From: a virus | Taxonomy: Duplodnaviria > Caudoviricetes | Length of the DNA: 64,000 nt | IMG/VR virus record: IMGVR_UViG_3300025936_000002 | Location: 21,270-85,269 of that record | Strand: one strand, 5' to 3' | Shown: positions 9,656 through 18,895 of the stretch, piece by piece | How the letters are laid out: each line of letters begins with the position of its first letter | Numbering within the stretch: position 1 is the first letter of the stretch | Notes under the pieces: model-generated | Told to the model about the DNA's origin: nothing | Databases searched by the model: none | What the model saw: only the letters and a program-made list of their open reading frames with translations | Made by a program: the position numbers and the translations under genes

Positions 9656-9657
9656 GG

Positions 9658-10146
9658 CTAGTCTCCGATCGTATCGCCGACGTAGATGTCGAGCTCGCAA
9701 GTCGCCGAGGTATCGCCGTCGGAGACGGCGACCGAAGCGACGTTGATCGTTGGGTGCCCCGGGCCGTCAACGTTGGCATCGACGAACCAGGCATCACTAA
9801 TCCCCGTGCGGGGCGTGAGCCGGCAGAGCGCCGTAGGAACGATATCGAGTCCCGCCAACGCAGCATCCTCGGTAGACGGGTTCTGCGAGCCGATCCGGTC
9901 GGAGAGCCATAGCGCGCGGGATTTGGCCTGCGTCAGGGCCCCGGGCGCGTACTTCCCGTAACCCTGCGTAAAGGCCTTGGCGAGGAGCATCACCGGCCCT
10001 TGATTGGTGCCGAGGTCAGTCAGGATATCTGGCGTTGCCGCACCAGTCGTCGTGATGACACCCGTGTCGGCCCCCGTCGATAGGGTCGACAGGAGATACC
10101 GCAGACGATTATGCCCGGAGTGGACGAGCGTTGCCGTGATGGCCAT
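9658..10146 (-). CDS. beta-rich putative virion protein, paralog 3 of 3
   Basis: MAITATLVHSGHNRLRYL...GYGKYAPGALTQAKSRALWLSD...VDANVDGPGHPTI; alternative ATG at 10158. Confidence 0.8.
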   Translation of the reverse strand: MAITATLVHSGHNRLRYLLSTLSTGADTGVITTTGAATPDILTDLGTNQGPVMLLAKAFTQGYGKYAPGALTQAKSRALWLSDRIGSQNPSTEDAALAGLDIVPTALCRLTPRTGISDAWFVDANVDGPGHPTINVASVAVSDGDTSATCELDIYVGDTIGD

Positions 10147-10376
10147 GACGATGACCATACACGGCGATTCTACAATGATCAAACTAACTTGAGCGGAGTT
10201 CTCGGCCTGATCAGATCGCAGCGCACAATGTCCCGAAAACTTGGGGTCGGCCATCTTGTTCATCTGATCAGACGTGAACCCCAAGATCGCCTCGGAGTCG
10301 ATCTGCCAGTTGCCTGGATCCAAGGTGGCGCCCTCACGGCGGTTGTAGCCGTACCATCCTACATGGCAAGCTCTCT

Positions 10377-10664
10377 TCATTGATGCCGACGATGCCCACC
10401 ATCGGTAGCATTGCAGAGACTACAGAGTATCCGTAACTTGATCCCAGCTTTGTACTCACGCCAGTAGCGCGCAACCCGAGCGCTCGACGATAGTTTTCTC
10501 AAATTCCAGCTGCGACCGTTGACGTGATCGATCTCTAGTTCGGTGGTATCCTCGACGAGCCGCAGACACTCAAGATTTTGACACCGCAGATCTGGCGCCA
10601 GAAAGTAGCACCAAGTCGGTGCGGCGCTTGGCAGCATAGTAGGCGTTCTCTCTAGTCCGCGCAT
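10377..10664 (-). CDS. HNH endonuclease-like protein
   Basis: CQNLEC...LEIDHVNG...LRILCSLCN. Confidence 0.75.
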   Translation of the reverse strand: MRGLERTPTMLPSAAPTWCYFLAPDLRCQNLECLRLVEDTTELEIDHVNGRSWNLRKLSSSARVARYWREYKAGIKLRILCSLCNATDGGHRRHQ

Positions 10665-10750
10665 TCGCCGTCATCTTGGCTCGGCGACGACGAGATCGAA
10701 GCGTCGATGGGTTAACCTTTGCGGGGTTCACGAAAAGTAGGCTACCGGGT

Positions 10751-11680
10751 TTATCCTCGTAGCTTGTTCAGCAAAGCAGTTGCAGTTGCCGTGAACGAGC
10801 GGTTGCGTTGATGGTTCCAATCTCGCGCCTTGGTCCCCATGACATCGAGCGTATCGTCGCTCAACGAAGATAGCTCTTGCAGCGCAGCAACGATCGCCTG
10901 CGGCTCCACAGCCCATCGACGACCAAATACCGTTTCAGCGGTCAGCCTCGGTTGGAGCAGGCGGCCGAAGGTGGGCAGTACGTGCTCGTTCATCGGACTA
11001 GCATCGGTTGTAATGACGATACAGCCGCAGGCAGTAGCTTCAGTAATGTAGTGGCCCCAACCTTCAACCTCACTCGGGCAGAGATGGAAACGATGATGGC
11101 CGATCACCGCATCAAGCCCGAGGCGGGCCATCCAGTCAAAACGAGCCACACGGGGCGGTAGGGGCCAGATCGGCAGCTTCGATACGATTGCAAGTATAGG
11201 TAAACGAACGCCAGCAGCATGGGCATCCCAATAGGCGCGCAACACCGCTTGCGTACCTTTGGCGTTTGACCGTCCGGCGATATGCAATGCCGCATGCTGT
11301 TTGTAGACGTCATATCTAAAAGGATTCCGTGATAAGAACCCGGTGAAATGGGCGTTATCGCAGCCGTGATCCATGAACCATTCATGCGCACCGGCGCTCT
11401 TGGTCCAGATCTGCGTCAGGTCGTGCAGGTAGATCATCCAATCTGAAGAGAACCACTCCAGATTGAAGATGCCGATGTTATGACGCGCACGGCGCAACCA
11501 CTTCGGGTTGAATTTCTCGACGAAAAAGTTGACGTCTGCGGGCTCCATAGGCTCGACGTTAGAACGCCAATCAACCTCGGTTACTTCATGCCATAGATCG
11601 CGAAGGAAGTCGCCGAGCAGCTCGCGATCGGTTGCCAAGCCGACATCGTTGTCGAGATCCGTGATCAAATTGCAGCGCAT
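10751..11680 (-). CDS. glycosyltransferase, GT-B fold (GT4-like)
   Basis: HLCPSEVEGWGHYITEATACGCIVITTDASPMNE (E-x7-E sugar-nucleotide motif). Confidence 0.85.
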   Translation of the reverse strand: MRCNLITDLDNDVGLATDRELLGDFLRDLWHEVTEVDWRSNVEPMEPADVNFFVEKFNPKWLRRARHNIGIFNLEWFSSDWMIYLHDLTQIWTKSAGAHEWFMDHGCDNAHFTGFLSRNPFRYDVYKQHAALHIAGRSNAKGTQAVLRAYWDAHAAGVRLPILAIVSKLPIWPLPPRVARFDWMARLGLDAVIGHHRFHLCPSEVEGWGHYITEATACGCIVITTDASPMNEHVLPTFGRLLQPRLTAETVFGRRWAVEPQAIVAALQELSSLSDDTLDVMGTKARDWNHQRNRSFTATATALLNKLRG

Positions 11681-11712
11681 CGTAGATCGGATCAACCTAC
11701 CAAGGCCGCCTG

Positions 11713-13377
11713 TCAAAGCTGAGCGCTGATCACAATGCCAGCACCACCATCGCCGCCGGCGGCTCCGTTGCTGCCCGTGCCGTTACCTAACCCACCTGAT
11801 CCACCTAAACCACCAGCGGCTGTAGTTGTAGGTGCTGAGCCGCTCGCTCGTAGGGCAATAACGATTCCGCCGCCGCCGCCGCCGCCACCCCCACCACCGC
11901 CACCGTTTACAGCCGCCGCCGCGCCACCGTTACCGCCTTTGCCCCCTTTGGCTTGCAGCACTCCGGTACCTACAAACGCTCTAGCACAAACCACCAACAT
12001 CCCGCCGCTACCGCCACCACCGCCGCCACCGCCGTCCGTCGTAGCCAAGGCGCCGCCCGCCCCACCACCACCGCCGCTTCCAGCTGTCCATGGAGTACCG
12101 ACGTCCGATCGACCACGGATCGCCGAAATCAGGTTATGGATGTCGCCATTCGCGGCGTCTAGTAGCGTCACGGTTCCACCGTTACCACCTGCACCGTTTG
12201 ACGACAGGATGGCGTTGCTGCCACCACTGCCGCCGCCCCCACCTTGGCCTGCAGCCCCAGCACCACCAACGTTTGGTGGTGCTGTAGCAGCGGCTTGAGC
12301 TCCACCGGTTGTCGTGCCCGCAACAAAGCCGCGGGGTGCATCTGTGCTGACATCACCATCGGCAGGTAGCGCGACGTCCCCGTTGCCGCCCGCTGCTGAG
12401 CCGGCGAGAACCTCCGCAGAGATTGCAAGGCCGCCTGTACCGGCGCCGGATGCGCCGACCTTGCCGTCATTACCGTTGAACGAGACGACGCCATTGCACG
12501 TAAGCGTCCCGTAGACGAGGAGCCGCCACCCTTGCATCTTGAGCGTCACGCCTACATTGATCGTGCCATCATTCAAAAACAGATCGCGCGTCGCGGTGTA
12601 GGTGTTTGACGAAGGGACCATACCTAGGATCGTGGCTGCACCGTCGAACGTTTGGTTCCCGTCGCTGCCGTCGCCGAGCAATCCAAGCGCCCCCGAGATG
12701 GTAATCTGTGCAACGCCGCCGCCGGCGTCGGTCGCAGTTACTCCAGGGCCAACAAAGTTGTGTGTTGTATGGGGGGCTCCAGCAAGAGCTACACCTTCAT
12801 CTTGGACTATGACGCCTGGAATCGTCACCGTTGCGACACCGCCACCTGCATTGGTGGCTGCAACGCCCCCGCCGACAAAGTTCAGGCTGGTATGAGGTGC
12901 GCCGGGAACAGCCACACCTTCATCCAAAAAGGTAACTCCGGGGATCGCAATGCTTGCAACACCACCACCTGCATTAGCGGCTGTAACACCAGCCCCTGTG
13001 AAGTTGTGTACCGTGTGCGGTGCGCCCGCGAGCGCGATCCCCTCATCTTGGACTACTACACCTGGGATTGTAATGTTGGCGGCGCCCGCCCCGCCATCAG
13101 TCGCCGCAACTCCACCACCGATGAAGTTGTGAATGGTGTGCGGAGCCCCCGCCAGGGCCGCCCCCTCATCTTCAACGACGATCCCAGGGATCGTAATCGT
13201 CGCCACTCCACCGCCCGCGTCGCTAGCAACAACACCTCCGCCAACAAAGTTGAGTGTCGTCGATGGAGCGTCGCTGATCGGGGTACCTTCATCCTCGACA
13301 TTGACGTCAGGTTCGCCACCGCCGCCTGGAGTTGCGCCGCCAGCACCACCAAATCCACAACAATCGCTGCCATTCAT
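11713..13377 (-). CDS. glycine-rich fibre/spike-like protein with five 41-aa repeats
   Basis: Repeats VxxxDEGxxxxxAPxTxxNFxGxGVxAxxxGxGxAxxxIxG, then a poly-Gly C-terminal domain. Confidence 0.8.
   Translation of the reverse strand: MNGSDCCGFGGAGGATPGGGGEPDVNVEDEGTPISDAPSTTLNFVGGGVVASDAGGGVATITIPGIVVEDEGAALAGAPHTIHNFIGGGVAATDGGAGAANITIPGVVVQDEGIALAGAPHTVHNFTGAGVTAANAGGGVASIAIPGVTFLDEGVAVPGAPHTSLNFVGGGVAATNAGGGVATVTIPGVIVQDEGVALAGAPHTTHNFVGPGVTATDAGGGVAQITISGALGLLGDGSDGNQTFDGAATILGMVPSSNTYTATRDLFLNDGTINVGVTLKMQGWRLLVYGTLTCNGVVSFNGNDGKVGASGAGTGGLAISAEVLAGSAAGGNGDVALPADGDVSTDAPRGFVAGTTTGGAQAAATAPPNVGGAGAAGQGGGGGSGGSNAILSSNGAGGNGGTVTLLDAANGDIHNLISAIRGRSDVGTPWTAGSGGGGGAGGALATTDGGGGGGGGSGGMLVVCARAFVGTGVLQAKGGKGGNGGAAAAVNGGGGGGGGGGGGGIVIALRASGSAPTTTAAGGLGGSGGLGNGTGSNGAAGGDGGAGIVISAQL
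12691..13305 (-). repeat. five tandem 123-bp (41-aa) coding repeats
   Basis: aa 25-229 of the fibre ORF align as 5 equal-length units. Confidence 0.9.
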
Positions 13378-13913
13378 CCGTTGTAATCCTTGTGACGAAT
13401 AGGCCGGGCAGTCACCGAAATCTGGAGGCCTTCAGGCAGAGTAATATCTGCCAAGACGCCACCGATCGAGAGCCGATCATAGCAGGCAATGTTGCTGAAC
13501 ACCTGTGAGAAGCCAACGCGATCGCTCGCGGGCCCCGCCTGCTGAACTATCGGGATCTGCGGCGCGTTGTTCCCTAGGTTGATACCGATGATCCCCAACA
13601 AGGCGCGGTTGCGCTCAGCTGCGATCGTCGGAGTCTCGACGAGATCAATTTCACCGTAGAGGCCTACAAGATCGGTGGTTCCATTACCGATCGTCCCTAC
13701 CCCTGCGTCGGCACGAAATTCGATCACGATGCAGACGTAGGGCGCCTCGCGGCCCTCACCGGCGATCCAAAGTGGTCGAATGCTCGTATAGGCTTGTTCA
13801 CCGCCAAGCTTCAGGCTGGTGAGGCCAGACGCAATCGTGATGAGTTGTGAACGCTCGATCGATCCGACGTTCGGGATGTTGCGGTTGAGGGGGAAACGGA
13901 CGGTGCTTGACAT
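13374..13913 (-). CDS. beta-rich hypothetical (putative structural) protein
   Basis: 179 aa in an operon with the fibre gene. Confidence 0.7.
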   Translation of the reverse strand: MSSTVRFPLNRNIPNVGSIERSQLITIASGLTSLKLGGEQAYTSIRPLWIAGEGREAPYVCIVIEFRADAGVGTIGNGTTDLVGLYGEIDLVETPTIAAERNRALLGIIGINLGNNAPQIPIVQQAGPASDRVGFSQVFSNIACYDRLSIGGVLADITLPEGLQISVTARPIRHKDYNG

Positions 13914-14417
13914 CTAGCGCCCCTTTTTGGTCTTCGGCGTGGCCCTCAGCCGATTTGAGATCCAAATCAAGCCGAGCGCGGTCAAGGCACCGAGCGCCAA
14001 CTGTTGCCAGAAGGGAAGCAGCCTGAAGCGCATAAATAGGCTTGTCTGCGCGCCGTAGGGGCTGTGCACAACTGAAATTGGGGGCACCCCGCCACCACCT
14101 CCGGGCACTGGGGCTGCAACGTGAGGGAGGCCGACCTCCTCAGCCACGCCAACTAGAAACTCGGCGAGACCCTTAGCAGACGTCACCGAGCTGTCTTGCT
14201 GGCTCCATTGAGCCATGACTCCTGTAGCCGTACTGGAGGTCTCAGCACTAGGGCAAATGGATTGATAGCATTTACCTGTGGCCACCCACGCCAAGGAGGC
14301 GTAGGCCCCTTGCTTGGTATTGGCGCCCCAGAGGCCGTCTACGGCAACCCGCGGAAAGCCTCCGACCGCTGCGAAGCGGTTGATCACGTTTTGTAGGGCG
14401 GTTACGGCGGGATCCAT
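13914..14417 (-). CDS. tail-anchored protein with a peptidoglycan-binding-like N-terminal motif
   Basis: ALQNVIN...VAVDGLWGANT; C-terminal TM plus basic tail; start at MDPAV follows an extended -10 box. Confidence 0.65.
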   Translation of the reverse strand: MDPAVTALQNVINRFAAVGGFPRVAVDGLWGANTKQGAYASLAWVATGKCYQSICPSAETSSTATGVMAQWSQQDSSVTSAKGLAEFLVGVAEEVGLPHVAAPVPGGGGGVPPISVVHSPYGAQTSLFMRFRLLPFWQQLALGALTALGLIWISNRLRATPKTKKGR

Positions 14418-14427
14418 CGCACCTAAG

Positions 14428-14436
14428 ACCCTACCA
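14428..14436 (-). promoter_or_regulatory. extended -10 TGGTAGGGT
   Basis: 10 nt before ATG 14417. Confidence 0.5.
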
Positions 14437-14444
14437 AAATCCTC

Positions 14445-14453
14445 TGGTAGACT
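14445..14453 (+). promoter_or_regulatory. extended -10 TGGTAGACT
   Basis: 8 nt before ATG 14462; back-to-back with the minus-strand box. Confidence 0.6.
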
Positions 14454-14461
14454 CGAGAAAA

Positions 14462-15337
14462 ATGGCGCCCGATTGTTATCCGTGGTGGCACGCAAAGTTT
14501 GAGCCGTTCCGGGCTCAACCGATCTACGTTAGCTCAGGCTGCGCGATCAATGCGATCGGCAACGTCGCGTGCGAGCCGGAGAGGATGCGCGCCGACGCCG
14601 AGGCGTTCCTCCGCGCCCATGGATTTCTCAGCTCGCTATCGCTCGAGGCTTACACCCTCGCGCGGTACATGCAAGGTGAGGTCGGTGGGGGGCATCCGCC
14701 GGGAACGCTGGAGGAAGCCGTTGCCGTCGGTGAAGCGGCAGTAAATCGAGCCAAGCTCGAAGGCAAACGCGATGCAAACGCGATTCTACTGTATCGCCAG
14801 AATCCCTCTCACCCTAACTACGGTTGGTATGGGCCGATCCACGGCGGGACGGGAACCACGACGGCGCCGTATGGTCGATGGGCCACGACCGGGGTTGACC
14901 CGACGGTCTTATCTTGCCTCTTGGCCGACTTGATCGTATCCGGCCAAAGCGGCAACTTTTCCAAGGGCGCCGACGATCAAGCCGGCATCCAGTACACGGC
15001 CAATTTTCCGTCGCTGCCAGCCTATGTAACGTATCTTGCCAACAACCACGGGTTTTGGGTTGGCCCCTTGGTTGGCGTGGACCACTGGCGAACCTTCTTG
15101 GTTCGCAACCAACGAGGCGAGACAGCGAGCACTCCATGGGGCGCCGAGCGGGTCAAGTTCACCCTCGACTACCTGAACATGGACATGGCTGCCTCCGGCG
15201 GCCGGAAGATGCCCCAGCCTTGGTCAAAGGATCTTCCGATGTGCCCTCGAAGCGGCGCGTTGTGGATCGCCGGGCTACTTGGCCTCACGATCGGTGCCTT
15301 GGCCTTTAGCCACGGCTGGATCAAGACGCCGATTTAG
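14462..15337 (+). CDS. tail-anchored putative cell-wall hydrolase (SleB/Hydrolase_2-like)
   Basis: LARYMQGEVG...EEAVAVGEAAVNRA resembles the SleB N-terminal catalytic-Glu motif; C-terminal TM. Confidence 0.55.
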   Translation: MAPDCYPWWHAKFEPFRAQPIYVSSGCAINAIGNVACEPERMRADAEAFLRAHGFLSSLSLEAYTLARYMQGEVGGGHPPGTLEEAVAVGEAAVNRAKLEGKRDANAILLYRQNPSHPNYGWYGPIHGGTGTTTAPYGRWATTGVDPTVLSCLLADLIVSGQSGNFSKGADDQAGIQYTANFPSLPAYVTYLANNHGFWVGPLVGVDHWRTFLVRNQRGETASTPWGAERVKFTLDYLNMDMAASGGRKMPQPWSKDLPMCPRSGALWIAGLLGLTIGALAFSHGWIKTPI

Positions 15338-15581
15338 ATCGTGGTCGAAGGCGAAGCAGTAAATCCGCCTCCTTTAGGGGGCACCATTTAGGTACTGGTG
15401 CATTTGACGCCCCTAATAGGTAAGGCGTTCGCATTATTCGATAGCCGTCCTCGCTAGCATCGTCATGCGTACATGCCCATTGCATGGTCTCTTCGTCTGA
15501 GGTAGCAAACGGACAAAACACGCAATCGCGGATTATCTTGAGCTTAGTTAACCGTCGCTTTTTCAACGCGTCATCTCCCAC
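15321..15581 (-). CDS. small Cys-rich protein
   Basis: CVFCPF...C...PKWCPL. Confidence 0.55.
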   Translation of the reverse strand: MGDDALKKRRLTKLKIIRDCVFCPFATSDEETMQWACTHDDASEDGYRIMRTPYLLGASNAPVPKWCPLKEADLLLRLRPRSKSAS

Positions 15582-15906
15582 GACGCAATGATCGTCGGGA
15601 AGATCGGTCGCAGTAGCTCTAACATCGCTTCGGCATAGACGCGTATTTCATATTGCGCATGACGACCCATCGCCGCCTAGCATACGTTGACGGTCTGCCA
15701 CCTTGGCTGCTAAACCTAGAAACCAACATGTCCCGCAACCCGACCAAGCCATCCTGCTGCACGCGGCCGATCGTTCGGCCGGCTCCGACCATGCCCAAGC
15801 GGCCCTCCTCGCCGCGGCCTATCGCGCGGCCTCGATAGTTTCCGCGGCATGCTGAAACCATTACGTTGGTGGTCTGCCACGAACCTGTGATAGCCTCGAA
15901 AGCGCC

Positions 15907-16155
15907 ATGGCAAAGAAGAGACGCGTCAAGTGGAAATCGGAGCGTATCTCCGACAAGCGTGGTTTTCGTGAGAGGGCGGTGGTAGGTCGCTGCCGATTGA
16001 GCGTGGTTGCTTACCCGAACGAGGCTGCGCCGTTTTATTGGCGTATCAGCCGAGGACGAAAGACTACCGCAATCGCTAGCGGCTCTACGAGAACCATGAA
16101 CGCAGCCAAGATCACCAGCGTTCAACGCGCGCGAGTATTATGCGGTCGTCGCTAG
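15907..16155 (+). CDS. small basic protein
   Basis: K/R-rich, 82 aa; TGATAGCCT (15888..15896) 10 nt upstream. Confidence 0.65.
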   Translation: MAKKRRVKWKSERISDKRGFRERAVVGRCRLSVVAYPNEAAPFYWRISRGRKTTAIASGSTRTMNAAKITSVQRARVLCGRR

Positions 16156-16177
16156 AAAATGGTAGATTGATCTGACC

Positions 16178-16414
16178 ATGGCGAAGAAAGCAGCCGGCTG
16201 CGCACGCAAGACGATCCGATTCAAGACCAAGCGGGGCAAGGTCATCCAGTTCTCAGGCCACAGCGGTAAGGCCTGCGGTCCTCGGCCCAAACCCAAGACG
16301 GGACACCTCAAGGTGTACCAAAACGCCTTGGCTTCAGCCTCACGAAGCTGCAAGCGCAAGAACCTGAAGCGAGGCGCGTTCCTCAACTGCGTCGCCAGCG
16401 CGATGCCTCGTTAG
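16178..16414 (+). CDS. small basic Cys-containing protein (putative DNA-condensing core protein)
   Basis: K/R-rich, 78 aa, 4 Cys; TGGTAGATT (16160..16168) 9 nt upstream. Confidence 0.7.
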   Translation: MAKKAAGCARKTIRFKTKRGKVIQFSGHSGKACGPRPKPKTGHLKVYQNALASASRSCKRKNLKRGAFLNCVASAMPR

Positions 16415-16445
16415 TCGCGTCATGCTGTAGCGGTACAATCACCAA

Positions 16446-16673
16446 ATGATGTGGTTGTGGATCGTTGCAGCTATATGCCTCTACGCATTCATCGGCGGGG
16501 CAACCTTTGGGGTAGCAAAGCGTCTCGATCTGGGGCCCGACTACTGCACGGCCGGCGTAGTTATGTGGCCGCTCGCGTGGATAGCTTTATTGCTTTCGCT
16601 GCTCTTCTACCTCGGCATGCGCTTGGAGTATGTGTTGCCCGCAATGATCGCGAGACGGAAGCAGCGCCCATGA
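16446..16673 (+). CDS. small two-TM membrane protein
   Basis: Two hydrophobic stretches; TACAAT 6 nt upstream. Confidence 0.65.
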   Translation: MMWLWIVAAICLYAFIGGATFGVAKRLDLGPDYCTAGVVMWPLAWIALLLSLLFYLGMRLEYVLPAMIARRKQRP

Positions 16674-16819
16674 CCGCCAAAAAGCGCCGAGCGATCAAGC
16701 TCAAGGCGGAGCAAGTCCAGAGGATCGAGGCCTACTGCAAGGCTCGTGGCATCTCCACGCGTAGATTCCTTGAAGATCGGATCGACGAAGCCATTTCGGA
16801 TCTAGAGACCACTAACTAG
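16670..16819 (+). CDS. ribbon-helix-helix-like protein
   Basis: RAIKLKAEQVQRIEAYCKARGISTRRFLEDRI. Confidence 0.55.
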   Translation: MTAKKRRAIKLKAEQVQRIEAYCKARGISTRRFLEDRIDEAISDLETTN

Positions 16820-17090
16820 GCAGACCGAGGCGCCGTTGCGCGCGCTCGATCACCAGTACGATCGAATCGTCGCTAACCTCGATCCCTTTGGGCGGGAGCG
16901 ACGAGTCGTCCAACGCTGCGGAGACCGCTCCGGCGGCAGCTTGGACCTTCAGGTGAGCATCTACGGCCTTCACGGCTGCAGCTTGGAGGGCCTGCTCTCC
17001 AGTCGAGCTGCCCTGCGCCAACCGCCGGCGTGGTGTTGCCATGATCATCTCCCCTTCACCGAGGCGATCGAGGCCCCGTGAACCGATCAT
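16812..17090 (-). CDS. hypothetical protein
   Basis: 92-aa ORF after the membrane/coiled-coil gene. Confidence 0.5.
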   Translation of the reverse strand: MIGSRGLDRLGEGEMIMATPRRRLAQGSSTGEQALQAAAVKAVDAHLKVQAAAGAVSAALDDSSLPPKGIEVSDDSIVLVIERAQRRLGLPS

Positions 17091-17472
17091 GCAGCTTGCC
17101 TAGCACCTCCGTCAACACCTCTGCCGACTTGCTTGTCTGCTCGCTGATCGTGCCAACGACGGCAGTGAACTCCTTGCGCATGGCGTCCTCGTGGACGCGG
17201 TTGTCGCTGTAGATGTGCCGCAGTGCCTCAGCGTGCTCCTTCGCCTGTGCGGCGATTTTAGCTTCGCACTCGGCACGAATCGCCACCTCGCGTGCGTTGC
17301 GCTTCTCGAGTTCCACAGCGTTGGCCTTGTCGGCATCCGCTTTGGCCCCCTCCGCTTTGCTGATGCGCGTATCAGCCCACTTGAACAAGAACGCCACGAC
17401 TGCAGCCAACACGCCCACCGCCGCCATGCCCTGCCATGGCTCGACGTTCGCAGCGACGGTAACGAGGCTCAC
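17056..17472 (-). CDS. N-terminal TM plus coiled-coil protein (holin/lysis-accessory-like)
   Basis: One TM followed by a heptad-rich region; TGATATGAT (17479..17487) 6 nt before GTG 17472. Confidence 0.6.
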   Translation of the reverse strand: MSLVTVAANVEPWQGMAAVGVLAAVVAFLFKWADTRISKAEGAKADADKANAVELEKRNAREVAIRAECEAKIAAQAKEHAEALRHIYSDNRVHEDAMRKEFTAVVGTISEQTSKSAEVLTEVLGKLHDRFTGPRSPR

Positions 17473-17546
17473 CACGCCATCATATCAAGTCGGGGTTGAG
17501 ATGCGCTAATCGTGCATGCACACGTTTAGGCAAAGCTATAAAAATG

Positions 17547-17562
17547 TTGACATTTTAGTCAA
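17547..17562. promoter_or_regulatory. AT-rich inverted -35-like pair TTGAC-N6-GTCAA
   Basis: ttgacattttagtcaa in an AT-rich intergenic gap. Confidence 0.4.
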
Positions 17563-17768
17563 TTTACAATATCGCGCTCTCGACGAACAGGGCCAAAGCC
17601 ATCGGCGGCAGTATCGATGAGGATCCGAACCACCTTACGTTGCCTTAGTCGTTCTGCAATTTCTCGTGTGTACTTACCGAAGCCGGCGCCGGCACCAATG
17701 GTGCAATCAGCCTCCATGGCCCTCGCGGCATCTAGTTCATCGCGGCGCTTCATCGCTTTAGGCCTCAA
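17559..17768 (-). CDS. hypothetical protein
   Basis: 69-aa ORF downstream of the thioredoxin. Confidence 0.4.
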   Translation of the reverse strand: MRPKAMKRRDELDAARAMEADCTIGAGAGFGKYTREIAERLRQRKVVRILIDTAADGFGPVRRERDIVN

Positions 17769-18123
17769 CGGCTGCGCGGAGAATATCGTAGAGCTGCTGA
17801 TCGCCTACAGCACCCTCATACTTGACCGGATGTTCGTAGCGCCTAAACAAGACGGTGGTGGGCAGCCCAACTACTGCCAGCTCATCTGCCACCTTGTTGA
17901 TCTGCGGATCTGCGCTCTGAGCATCCAAGAGCAGGATCGGAATTTCGTCCTCGGCGAAGGACTGTCCCTTATCACCGAAGACGAGGCGATGGCCGTAGCC
18001 TTGCCACCGCTTCACTTGATTCTCGAGCCGCGGTTTGAACTCTTCGCAGGCAGGACATCCCCGCATCGCAAAGACTACGATCACGGCTGGGCAATGCTCG
18101 AAGCTCATGGCATTTCTTCCCAA
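17758..18123 (-). CDS. thioredoxin-fold protein
   Basis: VIVVFAMRGCPACEEFKPRL ... VVGLPTTVLF. Confidence 0.85.
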   Translation of the reverse strand: MGRNAMSFEHCPAVIVVFAMRGCPACEEFKPRLENQVKRWQGYGHRLVFGDKGQSFAEDEIPILLLDAQSADPQINKVADELAVVGLPTTVLFRRYEHPVKYEGAVGDQQLYDILRAAVEA

Positions 18124-18392
18124 AGATGCTTCAGGCTGCCTAGAAGTTCATACAACTCTTTGGCACACGTGAGAGTCAATGCACGCCAATTGACATCAGC
18201 CCACGTTCTGCCGTTGGGTGACCACGCGCTACCGTCGATATCTACAACACGATCAACGATTTGCGTATTGATCGGCGTACCCTCGAGGGATACACAAATA
18301 CGAGGAGAATCGTTTGGGTCATCTCCTACACTGACACCAACGCAGTCAGGGTTGGTGACATCGGCAATGCTGAATTCGTAGTAGTTGGCCAT
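18105..18392 (-). CDS. hypothetical protein
   Basis: 95-aa ORF. Confidence 0.55.
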   Translation of the reverse strand: MANYYEFSIADVTNPDCVGVSVGDDPNDSPRICVSLEGTPINTQIVDRVVDIDGSAWSPNGRTWADVNWRALTLTCAKELYELLGSLKHLWEEMP

Positions 18393-18427
18393 AGATTGCC
18401 CTATCAGCTAACCACGGTGGGCTGCCA

Positions 18428-18886
18428 TCATCTGATCTTAGGGCGTCGTCTACCACGAATGCGATCAATTACTTCTTGCGGACGGCCGTCACGTGTGGCG
18501 TCACGAGCTACTTGCTCTGGGCCGGAGATGACGCATCCACGTTTCATCTGCATCTCCCAGATCAACCGCTCCTTTCGATCTGCCTCACGTCGATTTCCAG
18601 CTACAATTTCCGTAGTAGGCATCGGATCCTCGCCGTACGTACGTCGATAGGCCTCAACGCTTCGTGGATCTAAGTCGCGTTCTGTTTTAGCGTTGCGCAA
18701 AACAGCAATGAATGAAGAGAGAAGCCACCTTGGTTTGGTTTCTCCTTGCTGCTTTTTAGGGATCTCATACAGCCTACCGACTCGTGCAGCAGCTCGATCC
18801 AGCTGTTTAGGAGTCATGTCACGTAGACGATCTGTCCGTACGCGACAGATATTTATTTCTGGCTTGTTTTTTCGTCCTCGTGCCAT
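18428..18886 (-). CDS. basic hypothetical protein
   Basis: 152 aa, R/K-rich; SD-like GGTGG. Confidence 0.6.
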   Translation of the reverse strand: MARGRKNKPEINICRVRTDRLRDMTPKQLDRAAARVGRLYEIPKKQQGETKPRWLLSSFIAVLRNAKTERDLDPRSVEAYRRTYGEDPMPTTEIVAGNRREADRKERLIWEMQMKRGCVISGPEQVARDATRDGRPQEVIDRIRGRRRPKIR

Positions 18887-18895
18887 CTTTCCACC

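Noticed and set aside
11735-12298. Poly-proline ORF on the + strand
   Set aside because: It is the antisense shadow of the poly-Gly fibre gene (GGN reads as NCC).
14418-14495. Head-to-head overlap of 13914..14495 and 14462..15337
   Set aside because: It disappears when the start is placed at ATG 14417, which has its own extended -10 box.
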